Of a stretch of 64,000 nt of DNA, positions 37,991-51,085 are shown piece by piece (position 1 is the stretch's first letter; each line of letters opens with the position of its first letter). The translations under genes and the position numbers were made by a program. Origin of the DNA: Callorhinchus milii (lineage: Eukaryota); assembly GCF_018977255.1 (NCBI RefSeq), contig NW_024704743.1, forward strand, positions 114,268,001-114,332,000. Reading direction: 5' to 3'. Below the pieces are notes generated by a model. The model saw only the letters and a list, made by a program, of their open reading frames with translations, did no database searches and had not been told where the DNA came from.

Positions 37991-38551
37991 TTCCTTAATG
38001 GCCATTCAAATAGGTAACAGAAGAAAATTCGGATTCTTATAAAAATGACAAATCTGGCTGAATGCTAGGATGTTTTGAATCTAAAAATAAATGTATAATG
38101 TTACAGGGCATCTAAACTCAGATAAAGGGTATTGCTTGAGCCATTGATGCTGGCCAGTTCCACGGAGATGGTTTTGATCAGATTAGTTGCACCGTTTTAG
38201 AATTTCCCCGAATAAACAAAACAATTTTGAAGAAACTGAACAGTTTGGGATTTTATCTGCCTATAAATCCTTTCATATCAGCAGCCGCAGCAACAGTCCT
38301 GGCCAGTGTCTCTTATACTTCCCTCTGAACCGCCCATAAAACACAGCAATGACCCAGGCTCTGAACAAACAAGTGACAATGGACTGGGGATAGGCTTGGA
38401 GCAATTATCTTTTCTTTGGATATTCCAACAACAGATTACAGAATGTATGACTATAAATGAATCATATCGTGGAAAAAATAAATCACAACCCCTTAGGAAG
38501 AAAATGAAGAAATAACTTCAGCTGATGCTAAGGTTTCTGTGTGCTATTTTG

Positions 38552-38874
38552 TAATAATAATATAATAATAATCCTTGCATTTGATATAGTGCTTTTCCTG
38601 TCTTCTAGACGTCTCAAAGCTCTTCACAGAATATGCTATAAAGTGAATTGACCGTATATTTGTCGGTGAAACGCGGCAGCCAATTACGCACAGCAGTGTC
38701 CCACAAACAGTCATGGATTGAAAATGACCAATTTATTATTTTTGTTTGGAAGGATTATTATTAGGCTCTGTGTGGAGTAAGGAAACTTGCCCAAGGTTTC
38801 GCCCTCTGCCTGGAATTGAACCCAGGTGTCTCACTTGCAAGGCGAGTGCTCTAACCACTGAGCTACAGGACTCC
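38552..38874 (-). mobile_element. SINE-A, full length, short variant
   Basis: Complete; ttttgta at both junctions. Confidence 0.95.
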
Positions 38875-39691
38875 ACTTTTGTAGGGAATTGTAGGCAATG
38901 CATTCTATCATTCGACCTGCCCTGCCGAATGTGGATTAACCAAATCTCAGGTGATTCATGTTCTTAAATCGTAAGGAGCTCAGTTTCTACCCTTGTGTAC
39001 TCAGTCTGGGCAGCGAAACAAACAAGTTAAAGGGGCTACAGTATTCAGTTTGAATCAGTTGTTCTATTTTGACAGGAGAAATTGGGCACCGAGTAAAAAC
39101 TAAACCGGTCCATACACCAGCGTTTAGCAACATTTCTCTGGTGACTTTTTGTTTCCCCCACAATGAATAGCTGTTCCCAGTGAATAAGCAGCCAGTTATT
39201 TGAAACCATCGTTCACTTGTAAAAACAGATGACGACTCACGTGTTTCCCCTAGTTAATATCAACTGAAAGCCTCCACCAAACAGTCAGACTCCAGGGATC
39301 CTTTCTCTCATTTCACAGTTTGCTTTTAAACCATATGAAGCTCAATGTCACTTTCAGCAACTGGAATCAATTCTGTCAGATGTACTGGTGGGTCCCACAA
39401 TCTCTCATCTCTCGCTGTGTAAACTGCTGCGAATGCAAATTGCTCAGAGGTGTAGTGATAACTTCAAAAAAAAACTTTCCAACATAGCCAGAGACTCAAT
39501 TTGTATTGAAAGCCAGGCTTGCCATGTTCATGTGATTTGGAATTTGTCCATTTCAATTCTTTCTTTGGTAAAGTAGTAAAGCCTACATAGTACACAGTCA
39601 CTACACTTTACAACAAACCCTAGGAAGCTCTTTGAGACATCATTCTGATGTGAAAGGATCATTGTTTATTATCATTACTCATAATATTTTT

Positions 39692-39973
39692 TATAATAAT
39701 AATAATAATCCTTGCATTTGATATAGCGCTTTTCACGTCGGGAGGACGTCCCAATGTATATTTGTGGGCGAATGCGGCAGCCAATTGCGCACAGCAATGT
39801 CCCACAAACAGTCGTGGATTGAAAATGACCAATTTATTATTGTTTTGGTTTTGGAGGGATTATTATTAGGCGTGTGGAGTAAGGAAACTTGCCCAAGGTT
39901 TCGCCCTGCCTGGAATTGAACTCAGGTCTCTAGCTTGCAAAGCGAGTGCTCAACCACTGAGCTACAGGACTCC
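39692..39973 (-). mobile_element. SINE-A, short variant, small internal deletion
   Basis: Complete head; the aagcgcttcacag...attgac block is missing. Confidence 0.95.
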
Positions 39974-40659
39974 ACTTTTTTAACTAATAATCCAATTCCA
40001 CTCCAACTGTATGCAATTTTTGGTATTATTGTTACAATATTTCTTGTTGTCACTAATTGATAATAACATATGAATGTTACTTTTCTTAATACGGTTGAGC
40101 TTCCTAACATAACTACTTTTTCCAGGAAGTTGGTATTTTGTTCATCAGGTATTTTGTCAAAAAATAACAAATAATCTTTGATTTCAATTTAGTGTCTATA
40201 ACATTGAATCTTGTTAAATGCTTCACAGGTAATTATAATGATCCTTGCAATTAATGTAGTACCTTATCAGATTGTTGAGACCATCACAGGATTTTACTTG
40301 TACACAAATGAGACAGCCAATTTGCACACAGCAATGTCCCACAAACAGCTATGTAGTGAGTGACCAATTTTTATTTTGGGGGATTGCTGGCCAGGACACT
40401 CGGTGAAACTCCCTTCTCTTTGAGTAAATTGCAATTGAGGAAAATAATGTGAGATTTTATTATCCATCAAAACAGCAAGATAGTTTACTTTCTGTGTTTT
40501 ATCCAAAAAACAATAGCTTTCACTTAAATAGTACCTTTGAATATGCTAATGATTGAAAGCACTTTACAGTGACAGAGTGGGAGCCAGAGAGAGGTGAGAG
40601 ATCAGAAAGGTAGGAGTGAGGTGACCAAAGGTACAATCAAAGAAATAGGAACATCAGAA

Positions 40660-40765
40660 CGTAGGAACAGAACAGAGTAACAGGAGTAAGACATGCAGCC
40701 CTTCAAGCCTATTACGCCATTCAATTAGATCATGGCTGATCTGATTAGATCATGGCTGATCTGCC
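40660..40765 (-). mobile_element. CR1-type 3' end with a 20-bp tandem duplication
   Basis: caggagtaagacatgcagcccttcaagcct...attagatcatggctgatctg twice. Confidence 0.65.
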
Positions 40766-40934
40766 ATGATAGTTTAGAAGGGTTTTAAACGTAGAGATGG
40801 AAGGTATGAGATTTTGAATGGTTTTGAACGCATAGATGAAGGGTGTGAGGTGGAGGTATTTTGAGAAAGCGTTCCAAAGAACAGGGGCTTAATGGACCAT
40901 TTATATCTTCCACTTTATGAAGTTCTTGGGGGAG

Positions 40935-41147
40935 TTGTTACGGTCTGGAATGTCCTGCCTGAAAGGGTGGTGGAAGCAGATTCAATAACAACTTTCAAAA
41001 GGAAATTGGATAGGTACTTGAAAAGGAAAAACTAGCAAGGATATGGGGAAAGAGCAGGGGAGTGGGACTGATTGGGTAGCTCTTTCAAAGAGCTGGCACA
41101 GTCACGATGGACTTAGTGGCCTCCTTCTGAATCATATTCTATGATTC
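40935..41147 (+). mobile_element. CR1 3' end
   Basis: VVTVWNVLPERVVEADSITTFKRKLDRYL and tail attctatgattct. Confidence 0.9.
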
Positions 41148-41559
41148 TCCATTGAGCACACTTCTATGGTACTTCTAAATGATAAAATAATAATAATGCT
41201 TGCATTTGATCAAAGTTCTTCACATGATTTACTGTAAAGTGTTGTGGATGTGTATTTTGGAGGTGAACATGGCCACCAGTAAACATAACAATGCATCAGA
41301 AACAGCCATGATGTGAATGACTGATATATTATTTATTTGGGCGGGGGGTGGGGGGAGCCGTCAGGTCTCCATGAGAAGACCATGCGTTTTCAAGTGGTGC
41401 TCTGAGATTTTCTGTGCTGTGAAGTTCTGTGAATCTATGAAAGCTGGGGTAATGTAAGACATTTTTGGTCCTCTACATTTCTATGGCTCTATGTCCAAAT
41501 CGAGCAAAAAACAAGAGCGGGGTCAAATCACAATGAAAGCAGTGCCAGAGATTGGATGT

Positions 41560-42300
41560 TTTACATATAAGCATTTGGAAGAGCTTAATATGAGGCTGAT
41601 AAAACATACCACAGGATAAAAACTCTCAAAACCTGAGACTTTCTTTGAGGAGGAAAATAATTATCATCGCCAACTGATCAAGCAGATAGAGGTGTTTAGG
41701 CAAGCAAGTGAGCTACAGGAAATCTTTATGTGATAATCTTCGAGGATTTCAATTTCCCAGAAGTGAAGTGGTCAAAACAAGAAGGGAGAGATGACATTAT
41801 AAGAAACATCAGAGGGGCAATCAGTCACTGCTTCTTGGCACAATGTGCAAATCGGAGCACTGAACAGATACTATTTTACATTTAATGTTTTACATTGCAC
41901 TAGAACTGTACAGGCAGCACTGTGCTGGGAGAGGAACGCAATACAAGGATTCCTCTGTAGTCATAACGATCCCTGAATTTAATATACATCATACATGTAT
42001 TAGCTTTAGGAATGTAAATCATGAATCTGCTAAAAGAGCTCTAGAGAAAATTAAATGAGACGTAAAACTAGAAAGTAAAATAGTGGGAAATATAACAAAT
42101 TAAATACTATTTTAATGGGGCTGGAAAGAAAATAGATTCCTACAAGGAAAATGAGAAACATGGCAAGACAGCGATCAAAACGACTGAATAAGGAGATCAA
42201 AGGCCGAACAACATACCAAATCCTGGCAACAGAGGAACATAAGGTTATACAAGACTTGGAAAAAGACATTGCAGTCCATCTGGCAGGTTACAAAGTAAAT
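41560..42300 (+). mobile_element. Highly decayed CR1 ORF2 endonuclease region
   Basis: gaggatttcaatttcccagaagtgaagtgg (GDFNFP..W-like), tgcttcttggcacaa (CFLAQ) and further APE-like remnants. Confidence 0.5.
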
Positions 42301-43317
42301 CTGACTTTAAAAAAGTGCTAAACTACTTAGTCTTGCCTATTCCACGATAAATACTTGTGCCTATGCTAAGGAGCATGAGTAAGAGCTGCTCTCATTGGAG
42401 TTGCTTATGATTCTGTTTGGAAACAAATAGACCAATTCTGAATGTTGGCACAAAGTGTATACTCCAGCTCACAAGTATGCAAAGTTCTTGTTTTTAAACA
42501 CTGGCTCAGAAATGATATGTGAGGAAGCTACTGCAGACTTAACAACACAAACGGAATCCTGATCAAAATGGGGCATCTGCTGAGATAAAACCACCAATTA
42601 TGCTCCTTTGGTTCTCATGTAAACTGCGAGATGGGTCAGTCACAAGGTTCACATAACAGGATAATCCTGAAAAAGATCTATTGTCTGAAAGGACGGAACT
42701 CTGATCAAAGTAACTACTATACAACATTTGTCCTGGATATCTGGATCCAATTAAATCTGGAAGGAAAAATCTATGGGGAGAAATTAAAAAGTACATTTCT
42801 CCAGATCAAATTAAGTTAAGTTACAATCCACCAGGCTTCTGGATTGAACAAGCTGCGTTGGGGAAAATGTATCACAGAAGATGAATGTCTAGTTTACACA
42901 GGTCATACAATTAAGTTCTCCAAGATTCCTGGATCTTCTTTTGTGTCAAAACCAAACTTTTATGAATTTTGGCAAACTTGCTGGGCAGAATGGGTAATGA
43001 ATTCCACTCCTAATGTTTCAGCAGTAGCTATCAGATGGAACATGTTGCACATAAATTAATGTCCACCTCAACTTCCTGGAAAACAACCAGACTTCCTTCC
43101 CTTCTATATCACTTTTGCAACTGATGCTTTTTTCCCCGAAACAATTGCTCTTTGTATTCCTCCTACTCCATTTTCTCCCCTCCGTTTCCTTAAGACATTG
43201 ACTCCCATTGCAGAGTAATGAGTTCAGTAACTCGCCTCTTTTCCCCCCTTCCCCTTGCTCAATGCCCTAACACTTCACTGTAAAGCAACAACTACAACTT
43301 GCATATATATATAAAAA

Positions 43318-43510
43318 ATAAATAATAATAAATTAGTCATTTTCAATCCACAACTGTTTGTGGGACGCTGCTGTGCGCAATTGGCTCCCGCGTTTTGTCC
43401 ACAAATATATAGTCAATTTCACTTTACAGTATATTCTGTAAAGCACTTTGAGACGTCTAGAAGATGTGAAAAGCACTATATCAAATGCAAGGATTATTAT
43501 TATTATTATA
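43318..43510 (+). mobile_element. SINE-A 3' half
   Basis: Body and (TTA)n tail, no head. Confidence 0.9.
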
Positions 43511-44431
43511 TAGCACTCTTCACTTGGGGTAGCGTCCAGGAATGCTTGACAGTGGCAGAGTCTGACCCCGATCCATGGGAAGAGGGAGAGAGAGAGGGGG
43601 AAGTGACCGTAAGCACGATCAAAAAGGAAAGTCTTTAGGCGGGATTTAAAAGTGGGGAGGAGGGGGGAAAGGTGGAGGCATTGAGGGAGAGAGTTTCAGA
43701 GTTTCGGGGCATAGCGGCTGAAGGCATAGCAACCGATGGTGGAGAGGAGATGACGAGGGACGAACAGGAGGCTGGAGCCAGTCGAGCAGAGGCAGCGGGT
43801 GGGGGAGTGGTAGGGTAAGCAAATCGGATAGGGAAGAAGGGTGCGAGGGAATGAAGTGGTTTGAAAAAGAGTGAGATCATGAAATCGATCCGTTCAGAAA
43901 TTGGGAGCCAGTGAAACCTGCCAAGCACTGGTGTGATGGGGGTACAGAGTTTTGTGAGGGTGAGAATCTGACTGGGGGAAGTTCTGAATTAGTTGTATTT
44001 TGTGTATTGTGGAGCTGGGGAGACCAGTGAGCAGGGTATTGGAATAGTCCAGCCGGGAAGTGACGAAGGCATGGACAAGGGTTTTGGCTGCTTTTGTTGT
44101 GAGGTATGGATGGAGGCAGGGAACGTGATATAGGTGGAAAAAGCGGTCCTGGTTAGGGAACGGATGTGGGATAGAAAGGAAAGCTGGGGATTGAATCTGA
44201 CGCCTAAATTGCGCACAGTTTTAATGAGTCTGAGGGAAAAGCTGTGGAGGTTGAGTTCAGACCCACAGTAGTGAAGACGTTGATGGGAGCCAATGAGTAT
44301 GGCTTCTGTTTTGCCGACATTAAGCTGCAGGAAATTTGTGCTCACCTGGACCTTGATGTCCGTCAAACAAGCTGACAAGACTTCAGCAGACTGGGAGTCG
44401 CAGTTGGAGGAGAAGTAGATTTGCGTGTCAT
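43505..44431 (-). mobile_element. 5'-truncated L2 LINE
   Basis: ORFs 43989-44378 (NFLQLNVGKTEAILIG...VRNLGV) and 43635-43928 (HWLPISERIDF). Confidence 0.92.
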
Positions 44432-44599
44432 TTCAGACACTCAAATATGCAAAACATACAGGGTTCAAAGAAAAGCATTCCAAGACCTTATCTTAATTTT
44501 GATGCTGTATGAACCATGGGGAATATTACTGCCAATATTCACTATTGGCTAATAGTTAATATTCACAGAGATATTTTGCAGTAAGCAGAGGGCTGGAGG

Positions 44600-44812
44600 T
44601 GGGTGGGAGGGCACTGAACAGGCAGGAACATTCGTAGAAACCCAGACAGCATCTTTTCCCTCCCTGACACATTGGGACTCAACACGTAGCACCCCTAAGA
44701 TCCTGAGTGAGATCAGCTTGTCTACTAGATACAGACCGGGGTTGAAGCTAAGACCTAGTTGCCGTCTATGGCTTAGTTCTATACAAAGCAATAGCTTTAT
44801 TATCTAAGCCAT
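44600..44812 (-). mobile_element. Old SINE family C, 5' part
   Basis: tgagatcagct...acagaccggggttgaa...tatggcttagttc; reverse of 3552-3690. Confidence 0.55.
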
Positions 44813-46354
44813 TCAGCGAATGGGATTGTAATCTGAAATCTTGGGACGTGGCACATTTTTTCCAGTCTGAGTGAGTTTGGCGTCTAGCAGGGCGTATTGG
44901 ACAGTTTGGTTTAAGCAAAGCCTCAGGTCAGACAGTGAACACAGAACACAGAGGGTTCAAAGAACATGCAATTGTGAAACCACAATTGTATTCTGTATTA
45001 AGCCTACATCTGAACACAAGTCTGTTGTTACAAAGAACAGACGGCCCCAATGCGGTTTGAAGCAGATAATCCCACAAGTATCAAGAGTTTGGATCACATT
45101 TGAAGATGATTTGATTGTGTTTTCACAAATTTGCGATGTGGGGGGAGATCATGATGTTTCTTAAGAGATTCAATGTGTTATTATCTTATTGTCATAGGCA
45201 CTAAGCGGGCGTCAATACTATTGGTAAAGTTGGACACAGTATTTCAGTACCAGCATTAAATATTCAGCCGACTTCAAGACAAATCATTGCGTCATTGAAT
45301 TCAATGTCCCAACGTGAGATTTGAACCCACAACCTTCTGATTCAGAAACAAGAGTGCCATCAACTGAACCAGGCTGACGCAACAAATAGATCAGATGAGA
45401 TAACATGAGATGTTGATTTAACTCAACCTGAGGTAACGCACTGAATCTGGCAAAATTCTGTGGATTGAAAAATGCAATGTTTTATAATGCATTATTGTGT
45501 TAATTATCACATTGAGTACCGGTTACGAAATGTCACATTTTTCACCCCTAATGACCGCAAAGCTCAAGTGGATGAATGCCACACTTCAGAGCTAGTAAAT
45601 GGCATCACATTTTTCCAGGATTTGTAACTTTTACACAGTGTGTTTGTAATGAGGAACCTAACAGCTTTGCTAGTCAGTGACGTGTGCTGCAGGCCGATGG
45701 ATGTGTTTGAAAGCTTCCCGAAACACCAGTTATGAGAGTGATGAACATTTAATGGAATTTGTGATCAGTTCAAGCTTCCTGCAGCTTCAGAGAAATCCCG
45801 ACTTTAAGAGTGTGATTTGTACAAAGCAGCTTGTTCTCACTGGCACACAAGAGGAAACTATGGGTAACCTACATGTCCCATATGTGCCCAGTGAAGCATG
45901 ATGCTACACGCTGACCCCAGCTCCACAGGCGGGTTTAGATTCTGTGCCCCTAAAGCTCCTCCTCACTTTGTCTATGGGTTCACAGGGCAGTCTTAGCATC
46001 TCATTTGTAGCAATACAGTTGAGCAGATTTAAAGACACCACTGAGAGTGTAAAGTTTACCAGGGTGCAATCAATATTTGCAAAAAAGTAATGCAAAGCAC
46101 TGGCTTTCAAAACAGCTGGGGCAGATCGGGTAGATTACTATGAAAACAGTGGTAATTTATCCTTTCTGGAACATGGTAGTGTTTTTTACAACACATCCAA
46201 AATAAGAAAGAAGATTCAGATGTTCCATTTTCTCAGAGTGTGCTGTAAACAAAGCCCTGGTCTAGTATGGTACATGTATTTCATCCACAAAATATACAGT
46301 CAATTCACTTTACAGTATATTCTGTAAAGCGCTTTGAGACATCGCAAATATGTG

Positions 46355-46668
46355 ATAATAAGAAGAATCTTTGCGTTTGATATAGCATTTTTCACATCTT
46401 CTAGACATCTCAAAGCTCTTCACAGAATATACTGTAAAGTGAATTGACTGTATATTTGTGGGCGAAACGCAGCAGCCAATTGCGCACAGCAGTGTCCCAC
46501 AACCAGTCGTAGATTGAGTGACCAATTTATTATTGTTTTTTTTCCTTGAGGGATTATTATCAGGAGTGTGGAGTAAGGAAACCTACCCAAGGTTTTGCCC
46601 TGCCAAGTATCGAACCCAGATCTCTCGCTTGCGAGGCGAGTGCTCTAACCACTGAGCTACAGGACGCC
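46355..46668 (-). mobile_element. SINE-A inserted into an oppositely oriented SINE tail (46280-46720)
   Basis: gtgataa duplicated at both junctions; the host tail resumes at 46669. Confidence 0.92.
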
Positions 46669-47569
46669 TAGTGATAACGTGCTAAATTAAATGCTAGGAT
46701 TCTTCCTCTTATTATTATTATGTAGGACTTGTTATCTTTACAAAGCATGTACCTTCGTGGCTGGGGTTCCAGCCACTGCCTCTTTGCCCTTTGTGTGCCA
46801 CGATTGTGAGAAAATGTGTGACGGGATTTGACCCTCATTCTGTTATCCACAAAAATGAGTCATACGATGGAGAAAGGTTTGAAATCACAAAGCTCTTTGC
46901 TATAGCAAAATATGCAGAAGGTTTAAGCTTCCTCCCACTTCCCCCTCCTTTTCAGAAGCATTTTTTGGATTTCTCTTTGCCATCCGTCTAACTCAAAAGT
47001 GCTAAAATCTTCTTCCCACTGGCCTATATTCCCTCTCAGTGCAGTGGGTAACAGCAGTCCCAGCAGCATGTGGCTCAGCTGCTCATGTCCTGTTTATGCC
47101 CTTCGCCAATTGCAGAGCTTCCTATTTCCAACTAAAATGTGCTCCCTAAAGGTGAGCAGGACTGGTCTGGCCTCTCTCACTTGTAGTCCAAATCTACTTT
47201 CTGCACTGCTCCATCTTTGGTGACCCAGCAGCAGGTAAAACTACCAGCTGGTTTCTCCATACTAGTTTGCACCCTGCAATGCATTGCCGTAGTGTTACTT
47301 CCTAATAATAAAATACAATTTGAAACTGCAGGTTGGCTTAAAGTTCAAGAGAAGACCTTTAAAAGAGGAGGAATAAAATAAAGTTTCACCTATCCTGCAG
47401 TTTGTTTCTCATGATTTCCTTTCTGATCAGTCATGATCTTGTAAAATGGCGGAACTGGCTTGAGAGGCTGAATAGCCTACTCCTGTTTCTATGTTTCTAG
47501 AATGAATAATGTTATAGGATCTTTAATGTGAAAGGCATTATGCATATGTAATTTGTTGTTGTTGTTGTT

Positions 47570-47745
47570 GTCTACCTGAACAGGTAGACAGAAACTTGGT
47601 TTAATGTGTGAAGCACGGCACTTCCAACAATTCAGCACTGTTTTGAAGTCAGACCAGTCTGTGAGTTCAAAGTCCCAACGTGGGGCTTGAACCTACAGCC
47701 TTCTGACTCAGAGGCGAGAGTGCCAACAGCTGAGCCAAACTGACT
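47570..47745 (-). mobile_element. Deu-domain SINE, 5' part
   Basis: ggggcttgaacctacagccttctgactcagaggcgagagtgcc head. Confidence 0.8.
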
Positions 47746-48231
47746 CCTGGCATTAAGACCTTATGGTAAGCAGATTTATTGTGTGTGATCTACTCAGGAG
47801 CATATTCGGTTAAAAACCTTGTCCGTTATGAGCTTCACTACATGAGCCAGTCATTACACCTTTGATGTTAGCTCGAGCAGCATCTATAAACATTGAAAAA
47901 TATCAACGTAATTAATACCTGCAAACACCTATCTGAAGAGAGGAGATTGTGCTGTAACCAGAGCGCTGGCTGCTGCAGAATGGATAAAGTGTCCAAGCCA
48001 CATGTGAGGAGGATTTATTAGCTCCGTATGTGTTGTATGGCAGCTATCACATTCCACATATTAATGGTATTATCCATGCCTGTAAATACAGCTGGTTTCA
48101 TGGTGCTAGGATGTAGGTTATTCCCACAATTCTCCACACTGTATGTTCCCAGTCTCAAGTGGGATTCCGAGATGGGGGGGAGGGGGGCGATGGGGGTAAG
48201 AAGAAGCTTGAGGGATGAGTGCATGGAGCAA

Positions 48232-48290
48232 GTGAGGGGTTTCTTTGAAGGCGGGGAGAAGGTGAGGGGTTTCTTTGAAGGCGGGGAGAA
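48232..48290. repeat. 30-bp tandem duplication
   Basis: gtgaggggtttctttgaaggcggggagaa twice. Confidence 0.9.
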
Positions 48291-48469
48291 ACAGAGATAG
48301 AGACAGCCTGCACCACTACTGTACACCACTTAATACTGAGAAATGGTGAATGGGAACCTGCAATCTAACAAAATGTGTAGATAGACCAGAGTTTGCTAGA
48401 GAAGCAGATCAGAGAGATACTGAATACCTGGTAATACAGTACAGATTTACTGTGCTCATACAATTTAGG

Positions 48470-48785
48470 GTGTATTTGAGTGTTCATTTGGTACAGTTGG
48501 TAGCACTCTTGCCTCTGGGTCTAAGGTTTTGGGTCCAAGCCCATAGTGAGACTTGAGAGCTAAAGATGCCATGGCACTGTTTAAAAAGAGAAGGGAGTCA
48601 GTCACTTCACTTGACAATATTTACTTCTGATGTGCTTTGAGATGTGATTAACAACTATTGATGGAGCTGCATTAGGAACTGTGGATTCATCTGCAAATAC
48701 ATAGTTACTGCACTTTACGGTGAATCCTGTGAAGTGTTTTGAGATGTTCTGATGACGCTGTATCAAATGCAAGGATTTTATTCTG
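48470..48785 (+). mobile_element. Decayed Deu-domain SINE
   Basis: cagttggtagcactcttgcctctg head, ccatggcactgttt core and tail. Confidence 0.7.
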
Positions 48786-50159
48786 AAACACAAGGTCAAA
48801 AAATGCATATTCACAAAATTTGTGTGTGTTCACGTGTATGATGGGTAGAGAAAGGAAATATCTTTGTTAGTACAGAGCACTCAGTGAGATCGGAATGACT
48901 ACATGTGAAGGTCTATTTATCTCCTCTGTTAGTTTACCTCCCCAGGCTTTGGCTAAAACAAGCCATGTACAGCACACTGCTCAAGCACAACATAATTAGA
49001 TGCAGATGAGACAAGGAGAGCCTGGTACCTGAGTCATGTTCCAACTGAGAAACAAAACTAATTACATGGGACAGATAAGCATTATCTGAAAGTGTGGAAT
49101 GTGACAGGCATTTCAAATGAGCTGAAACCCCTTCTTAAAGGGTCCGAACTAGTCTTTAATTTTTGACTGGTTCGGACGTGAGTGGCCCTATTCCCGACTT
49201 CGGGGCAAAGGTCTGGACCAAAGCTACGGGTAATGTAGTGAAGTGTCACTGAAATGCTCTGCATCACGACTGGCAACAACAACAACAATGGTAGTGCTGA
49301 AATCTTTGGATCTGACCACTGTGCTGAAGGTACGGTGATGGTGGTGGGGTTCACATTCCCAACCCGACTTTAGTTATTGATCGGGAAATCCAATGCTTGT
49401 TAACAGCTTCGATGCTGAATCTGTTAAGAAAGATTGGAAATTACACCCATTGTTTCTTTAAGTCATTCTTCGTCCTGAGCAGAATCGAAAGCCGGGAACA
49501 CACACCATTTTTGGTACCTCATTTAATTCGCCTCAGTTAAAAGACTGCCCCATCATCCATCCCAACAGAGGATGTTTAAGAGTAGCCAGGCCAAACATAA
49601 ACTACAGGCAGAAACTGCTGGATTACACAGGATAACCTGCTCCTGCAGACCCCGTTGTCTCCATCTGCCATTGCTATTGTAAGCCATAAAATGCTACTGA
49701 GCCCAAGGTTACAACCTTTTAATCCCTGTGTACCACTTATCTACTTTCAGCACTAACAGCAAAATAAGTGGCTCTTCATTTCAACGCATTAATCATGGTC
49801 ATAGCACAACAGTGACTACTCTGGGTTCCATGTTCTCCTTGGATGGTTGTCTAATCTTTAATCCAATCTAGAAACAATTAGTAAGAATAGAACACAGGGC
49901 ATTTGAAGGGGCTGCATTAAAGAATCAGAAACTGGTTGACTGATTTCGATATTGTTTTATGCCTTAAAGGTTTAACTAAAATTTGTCCAAATGGTGCCAA
50001 CAATAGTTAGAGTAAAGTGGATACGGAGGCTTGGACCATCTAGGGAGATTCAGAGGTACACGTCACCAATACAAAATTGCCAATTTTTTTAAAAAACAAA
50101 AGGAAAGACAAATGTCAAAAATAAAAGTTACATTGTAAAAGCAAATGTACATGAGGAGC

Positions 50160-50475
50160 CTGGGCAGTGGAGTGGGTTGGAGTTTGGATTTTCATCCCTT
50201 GGGTCAGCCGAGACCGAAAGGGTGAACAAAACTCTCACAACTTTGGTTTGATAACCTAAGGGTTTAATATGAAACAGGTTAACTGCAGACTACTGGGCTC
50301 CAATATATTCACAAAACCATCCTTAATTTCACATGTAATTCTTAATCTCTTGCAGAAAGGTCACAGGATGGCTTATATAGGGAAACGCAAATGTCATGTT
50401 GTTTTAGTAGAATTTGTTACATGGATGTTGGACTGAGGAATGATTTTAGGAGCAATGTAAATAAAGCTTAACTGT
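50160..50475 (+). mobile_element. LF-SINE-like ancient SINE (very diverged)
   Basis: tcacaaaaccatcc...gcagaaaggtcacaggatggc; similar to the 25050 copy. Confidence 0.35.
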
Positions 50476-50631
50476 GGAACACAGTTAAACATCTGAGCTA
50501 CACTTGTGTCTTTTATTTTCAATTCCCTGATCCAATACATTCCTCTTCAATTATATACTACTCTTGTCTGGTCCATAGGTTGCGCCGATCGTGACCCAAA
50601 TCACTATGCGATTTGTTCAAAGCATCTCCCA

Positions 50632-51085
50632 TAATAATAATAATCCTTGAATTTAATACACCATCTATAACTTCAAATTATTTCAAGGGGTCTCACAGGT
50701 AATTGTCAAGTGCTGTGATCCTTGCATTTGATATAGCACCTTTATCATGTCATCAAGATATCATAGAGCGTTTCACAGGATTTTATTATGAAGTATAATG
50801 GCTGTGTACTTATCTATTTATAGTCAGATGTGGCTACCAAATTGCACATAGGATTAACCTACGAATAGCTGTGAACTTAATGCCCAATTTATTGTGAGGA
50901 GTGTTGCCCAGGCACAAGGAAAAATTGCCTTTTCTTTTTGACGAGTGCCATGGGACTTTTAAATGTCCATCTGAAGAGACAGGCGAGATCTTGGTTTTGC
51001 ATCTCATCTGAAGGATGGCCCCTTTCATAATGCAGCGCTTTCCCAGTGCTGCACTGGAGTGGCAGTGCAGACTTGGTTGTACTAT
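50632..51085 (-). mobile_element. Deu-domain SINE (head missing)
   Basis: gtgccatgggactttt...catctcatctgaagga core and tail. Confidence 0.8.

Noticed and set aside
38280..38340. Minus-strand GC box plus TATA-like promoter
   Set aside because: Only short motifs; downstream ATGs open very short frames.
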